From Antedon mediterranea (Eukaryota; Animalia; Echinodermata): a DNA stretch of 64,000 nt. Shown one piece after another: positions 61,201 through 64,000 of the stretch. The notes under the pieces were generated by a model. That model saw only the letters and a program-made list of their open reading frames with translations, ran no database searches and had not been told where the DNA came from. How positions within the stretch are numbered: position 1 is the stretch's first letter; every line of letters starts with the position of its first letter. The stretch spans positions 30,439,648 through 30,503,647 of the forward strand of contig NC_092673.1 in assembly GCF_964355755.1 (NCBI RefSeq), given 5' to 3'. The position numbers and the translations under genes were made by a program.

Positions 61201-63078
61201 GCAATAATATAATAATGATAATATAATAATAATAATGCAATACATTAGTAAGCCTACTCACAGTTTTGGTTGCAGGATCAAATTCACCAATAACTTCACC
61301 TTTTTTTAAAACACTAACTTTTACTACAGCAGCCCCTCTCACGTCAATGTTGTTTACGTATCTAAACAATAATACAATGATGTTTATAATCATATCAACA
61401 AATCAGTATGTAATAATATAGGGTATGTTCAAACACAGAGTTATGGTTTACCAATTTACGCAGCGTACAACTTCGTAGTCGCAGAAGATTTGACAATTTT
61501 TAAAGACTAAAATTAGAAGCCATGAAAGGAAAAAAACAAGTTGAATGGCTTACTAAAAAAAGATTTACAATAATTTAAACATGATAAACTGACAAACCCT
61601 TTTCATATAACGGGACTTAATTATTACTGAATTATATATAGAAAATGCAAACTGCTTACTTTGCTTTTACAGTCGCCAGAATCAAATTATCTGAAGGCAG
61701 AATCTGTTTTTGCCCTTCAATTTTTACCTCAAATGTTGGCAAAACTGTAAATAAATTAAGTTTTGAATTATCATTTTCAGGTAATCCGTGAGTTGTGATA
61801 ATAATAATACATAATGTTCTTAGTCAAAAAAATTATAACCAGTAATTTATATTTATATTCTACCTACCATATTCTCGAAGCTCAAATGTAATTGTGTTCT
61901 TCCATTCATGCTAAAGAAATCATAAACAGAAATAGTGTAGTAAATCAGTGCAAACTAGGTCTAACATTAAAAAACGGGTGATATTTATAATAATAACAAT
62001 TAAGAAAAGTGCATAGTTTTGGTAAACTTAGGTTTACATCAATTATATAAGAATAATAATAATGCTCAATTTAATATAGAGCAACATTCAGGGTGCCTTT
62101 AAGCGCTGAACAATCAACATATTTATATAACAACATATTAATGATGAAAGTGTAATTTAAAAAGTTGTTTGAATGAGTGGCCATAAATTATTCATTATTC
62201 ATGGTATTATTCTGTGACAGGTGTATCACACTGTGTAGACGATCTTCAAATTAGGCCTACAGGCCGTTGACGGTTAACTTACGTTTGGGCCGTATGACAC
62301 AACAACAGACCAAATTCCAAATGTCGGGTACGAAGAGAACTGGTATATTGCAGTATGATAGCCAGTAATTGTAGTAATATCTTCAGTCCTCTCAATAATG
62401 GCGCCGGTTGGTGTGATAATATCTAATCGAACCTTTCTGTCGGTAGGTTTGAGTTGCTCATTCAAAGAAATCACTTGGATTCTAGCTACAATGAATAAAA
62501 ATGATATTCTTATTATTATTTCGTATAACTTGTGAAGATAAGGGATATAAGAATCAGGCTAGTTTGGAGAAACATTGGAATTGGAAAAAATAATTTTTAT
62601 TTTTAAATAATTGTACTTGTGCAACATAGCAGTGTGAGGGAAAGAAGGGTTGGGGCATGGATATTGACCCGGAAACAGTATAGGGCTATAAGATGACCTT
62701 TAAGCGTTATGTTTATACAGGTAAAAGGATCCAGAATATTCTTCATTCAGGCAGATTCAGATACAATCATATTGTATGATATTTGTAATTTGTTTAATAT
62801 GTGTTATAGTGAGAGTCAATAAAGAATTACCATATTGGTTTGCAAGTACCCGTATGTTATAAGATTACCATATTACGAACCTACTTGAGCAGGAGTATAA
62901 ATGGGTTTGTCGGTTTGGACAAACACAACCTGATTTTTTGTTGTCACCAAAGCAGTAACAGTTTTACTAAATTGAAGCACAGGAGAGGTAGAAAATGCAA
63001 GAACTCGTATTGTTGGAAATACTTCATAGTCTGGTAGTTGGGCTGGATCCACAATAAAATTAACAAGTTTAGGTAAAC
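43828..63078 (-). CDS. Complement C3-like paralog, gene 2 (5'-partial; lacks anaphylatoxin domain, thioester and catalytic His)
   Basis: Exons homologous to gene 1 exons 3-35: 62885-63078, 62283-62485, 61868-61910, 61660-61744, 61262-61361, 60631-60867, 60007-60204, 59448-59570, 58984-59052, 58678-58869, 57814-57963, 56963-57107, 56694-56744 (RRRRR), 56070-56169, 55764-55992, 54319-54528, 54007-54139, 53503-53607, 52836-53027 (GDGET), 52481-52562, 52038-52215, 51649-51753, 51159-51494, 50718-50870, 50166-50225, 48791-48924, 48246-48333, 47969-48043, 47535-47637, 47332-47424, 46799-46894, 46328-46411, 44306-44456, 43828-43945 (YIEEWP...GCLV*). No stops or frameshifts in the exons read. Exons 1-2 presumably lie beyond the window end. 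Confidence 0.9.
44687..46252 (+). repeat. Tandem/inverted array of a ~367-bp tRNA-containing repeat with (TA)n tracts
   Basis: Units start at ~44687 and ~45054, then (TA)n at 45397-45444, an inverted partial copy at ~45447-45640, two more units at ~45645-46220 and (TA)n at 46224-46252. Confidence 0.92.
44807..44878 (+). ncRNA. tRNA-like Pol III unit (tRNA-Pro-like D/anticodon arms, TGT in the anticodon position); copies at 45174-45245, 45680-45751, 46048-46119
   Basis: GGCTCTGTGGTCTAGTGGTATGATACTCGCCCTGTAAGCGAGAGGTTGCAGGTTCGAATCCAGCCAGAGACA followed by a T-run. It has A box, B box and a 72-nt cloverleaf, with mismatches in the acceptor and T stems and C at position 33. Confidence 0.7.
49319..49405. 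repeat. 14-bp minisatellite (TGTGGATATATTAC)n, ~6 copies
   Basis: Direct reading. Confidence 0.9.
52942..52956 (-). other. Degenerate thioester position GDGET (gene 2)
   Basis: Codons GGA GAT GGT GAA ACT in [20 protein letters not shown], aligned to gene 1 [20 protein letters not shown]. Confidence 0.95.
54540..55206. repeat. Satellite (AAGGTAAGTAAGGT)n, 14-bp unit, ~47 copies
   Basis: Nearly perfect array in the gene 2 intron, ending 9 nt from the acceptor AG at 54529-54530. Confidence 0.98.
56704..56718 (-). other. Beta/alpha furin-type site RRRRR (gene 2)
   Basis: [17 protein letters not shown]. Confidence 0.9.
57703..57779. repeat. ~20-bp tandem repeat (AAA.TTTACCCGG.TTTCAT), 4 copies
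   Basis: Direct reading. Confidence 0.75.
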
Positions 63079-63539
63079 CTAGGAAAAAAGAAGTTTGTAC
63101 ACTTAGATGTTAAAACATGCTTTACACATAACGTAAGCTGTCACTAGCCAACCGGATCTAACATGTTGTCACTTTTATTCAACTATATTTATTATATCTG
63201 AACCAGGATTACCCACATGTTCGATTAACTATATCTGATACATAAGTGATACATATAAGACCAAGATAAAATTGTTAATGATAATGATAGTATTATTAAT
63301 GATAACAGCTACCAAATATAAATTATGGAAAATTTCTTTCGGAAAACATACTTGATATTTAGTTAGCTTTTTTATTTGAAAAAAAAATAGAAAAAGGTTA
63401 CTTGATGAGGGATAGGCTTCAAATAAGTGAGAATGGTCTACATTTTTCAACGCAAGTACTTTTAATACGCGAGTACTATGGGAACTTTCCCTCCTCTTTT
63501 TCTAAATAGGTTTTTACTTAAATCTTTTTAAATCTTTAA

Positions 63540-63971
63540 AGATGTATTGTCCCTTGAAACACAAAAAATAAAGGTCAACATATTATATATTTATATTGGA
63601 TATATCAAAGTAATATTAAAGTTATTCACTTTAAGTTGAAAATTCAAGCCAAAAACAACAAGTTTACCTAATTAACAGGTAAATTAATTTGATTACATTT
63701 CCTCTGGAAAATCGCCGCGAGCGAAAGTAAACAAAGATTTCAAAACATGAGAAGGTGTTTTCACACAGATCGCGAGGAAGTTTTATGAGTAGCCAAACAA
63801 GCCCGTACGTTGCGTTATGAGAGATGTTTTGATCGAAAACGTTTGTATTTCAGTATTTTTCGACTAATTTTTGGTGAAAGTTAATAACTATTATGATACT
63901 TCAAAATGACCCACTTTTTATCGAAATTTTAAATTTTTTTGGGGGGAATTAGTCAAAGAGACAATACATCT
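63540..63971. mobile_element. Non-autonomous TIR element with TTAA TSD (Kolobok-like); relative at 58289-58580
   Basis: TTAA|AGATGTATTGTC ... GACAATACATCT|TTAA. Confidence 0.75.
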
Positions 63972-64000
63972 TTAAACTTGCTTTAACAAAATGATACAAT

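Noticed and set aside
43828-63078. Calling gene 2 a C5, CD109 or A2M ortholog
   Set aside because: C5 keeps its anaphylatoxin, and A2M/CD109 lack C345C. Near-identical exons show it is a local duplicate of gene 1.

Overview
This is AT-rich, intron-rich metazoan DNA, probably from an invertebrate. It carries a head-to-tail tandem array of complement C3-like (thioester-protein family) genes on the minus strand. Gene 1 (8321-40461, 35 hand-traced coding exons) is complete and canonical: signal peptide, MG domains, RRRKR beta/alpha site, anaphylatoxin domain, GCGEQ thioester, catalytic HQEMIGG, MG8 and C345C. Gene 2 (43828 to >63078, first exons presumably beyond the right edge) has matching exon phases and no stops in the exons I read. 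It has nevertheless lost the whole anaphylatoxin segment (83 codons), the thioester (GDGET) and the catalytic His (Tyr), so it would encode a non-covalent, C3b-shaped paralog. A third exon-1/promoter copy sits at ~4.2 kb. Intron 8 of gene 1 holds nested mobile DNA. A hAT-type element (8-bp TSD) contains a twin-primed, 5'-inverted RTE LINE fragment and an intact, very young Gmr1-like Ty3/Gypsy retrotransposon (PR-IN-RT-RH order, tRNA-Pro PBS). That element's 5' LTR is in turn interrupted by a non-autonomous Helitron. Also present are two more Helitrons, several MITEs, tRNA-like Pol III repeats, a local segmental duplication, and a 667-bp satellite made of the 5' splice-site consensus (U1 5'-end sequence on the transcribed strand) abutting an acceptor of gene 2. 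All coordinates were read by eye and may be off by a few bases.
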